In this document: piece by piece, positions 63,176 to 64,000 of the stretch | Numbering within the stretch: position 1 is the first letter of the stretch | Layout: each line of letters opens with the position of its first letter | Assembly (NCBI GenBank): GCA_037131245.1 | Contig: JBAXRK010000001.1 | Span: 152,385-216,384 of the forward strand | DNA length: 64,000 nt | Reading direction: 5' to 3' | Source: Candidatus Omnitrophota bacterium | GTDB taxonomy: Bacteria > Omnitrophota > Gorgyraeia > Zapsychrales > Fredricksoniimonadaceae | Made by a program: the position numbers and the translations under genes | Notes under the pieces: generated by a model | Told to the model about the DNA's origin: nothing | What the model saw: the letters and a program-made list of their open reading frames with translations, nothing else | Database searches by the model: none

Positions 63176-64000
63176 GTCTTCCCCAGGTTCTTTGACGTCT
63201 TCCACTGAAAGAAATTCGCGGCCGCGAGCAGAAAGAACGAGATCAGCAGCATACCGATCGCGATGGCCGTCGCACCCGCGTAATCATACTGCTCGAGCTT
63301 AGTCATGATCAACAGAGGGGCGATCTCGGTCTTCATCGGCATGTTCCCGGCAATAAAGATGACCGAACCGTATTCGCCGATAGCCCGGGCGAACGCCAGG
63401 GTAATGCCGGCCAAAAGCGCGGGAAAAATGACCGGCAGGATAACCAGGCGAACCGTCTGCCAGCGGTCCGCGCCGAGTGACGCCGCGGCTTCCTCGATCT
63501 GCGGGTCAAGATCTTCCAACACTGGCTGAACGGTCCGCACCACAAAAGGTAAACCGATAAAAGTGAGCGCCACCGTGATCCCGAAAGGCGTGAACGCGCC
63601 CTTGATCCCGATGGACATCAGGAACTTGCCGATCCATCCGGTCGGCGCGTAAAGTTCTGTGAGCGTAATACCGGCCACCGCGGTGGGCAGCGCCAGAGGG
63701 AAATCCACCAAAGCATCCACGATGCGCTTGCCCGGAAAGGTATAGCGCACCAGCACCCAGGCCACAATAGACCCGAACACCGCGTTCACACAGGCACTGG
63801 CAAAAGCGGTCCCGAAACTCAACCGATACGCCGCCAGCGTGCGTTCGGCCGAAATGACGGCCCAGAACTGCTGAAAGCTCAGCGACGATGTTTTGACGAA
63901 AAGCATGGATAAGGGAATAAGGACGATCAGGCTCAGGTAAAAGATCGTAAACCCGAGGGATAGGGGAAATCCTGGAATAATGCTCTTTTTGACGAATTCA
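63172..64000 (-). CDS. cysT: Sulfate ABC transporter permease CysT (5' end beyond the window)
   Basis: The reading frame stays open upstream of the track's Met to the window edge (EFVKKSIIPGFPLSLGFTIFYLSLIVLIPLSMLF...). EAA loop EEAAASLGADRWQTVRLVILP. Confidence 0.85.
   Translation of the reverse strand, partial: EFVKKSIIPGFPLSLGFTIFYLSLIVLIPLSMLFVKTSSLSFQQFWAVISAERTLAAYRLSFGTAFASACVNAVFGSIVAWVLVRYTFPGKRIVDALVDFPLALPTAVAGITLTELYAPTGWIGKFLMSIGIKGAFTPFGITVALTFIGLPFVVRTVQPVLEDLDPQIEEAAASLGADRWQTVRLVILPVIFPALLAGITLAFARAIGEYGSVIFIAGNMPMKTEIAPLLIMTKLEQYDYAGATAIAIGMLLISFFLLAAANFFQWKTSKNLGKT

Overview
This 64-kb window is almost entirely one co-directional, tightly coupled minus-strand gene array. 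Only a small fur / Bro-N islet at 31.3-32.9 kb lies on the plus strand. From about 7.1 kb to 54.2 kb the content reads as a magnetosome gene cluster (MGC) of the mam+mad type. The mam-like part holds a MamI-like 56-aa ORF (missed by the ORF track), an HtrA/MamE-like protease, three proteins each carrying two magnetochrome-type CXXCH motifs, and seven PDZ domains. It also holds a MamM/MamB-like CDF pair plus three further CDF paralogs, a TPR protein (MamA-like), a LemA protein (MamQ-like), an ArsB/NhaD-type permease (MamN-like) fused to a PDZ, a stand-alone TauE protein (MamO C-terminal equivalent) and a NapH-like polyferredoxin. The mad-like part holds an iron module (FeoB, FecR-like, DtxR-FeoA), three HEAT-repeat proteins, Lys-rich small proteins, a ParA-like ATPase, coiled-coil proteins and two actin-like paralogs. 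Several additions do not match any Mam/Mad protein I know. There are three NifX/NafY-like (FeMo-cofactor-carrier fold) domains, fused to a CDF membrane domain, to zinc ribbons, and to a Met/Gln-rich plus magnetochrome module. There is an RND pump with a TolC-like factor but no adaptor gene, and a porin. Fur, a DUF134 protein and two excisionase-type HTH regulators are also encoded, with the two HTH genes heading the two mam-like transcription units. The left end carries a sensor / His-kinase / response-regulator relay. The right flank carries apbE, an ion channel, an RsbU/RsbW/RsbV-type partner switch, Fic and cysTWA. I recognised no rRNA, tRNA, CRISPR, transposase or integrase. All calls come from reading motifs in the translations. 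No database search was possible, so family names are best-match judgements and novelty claims are inferences.
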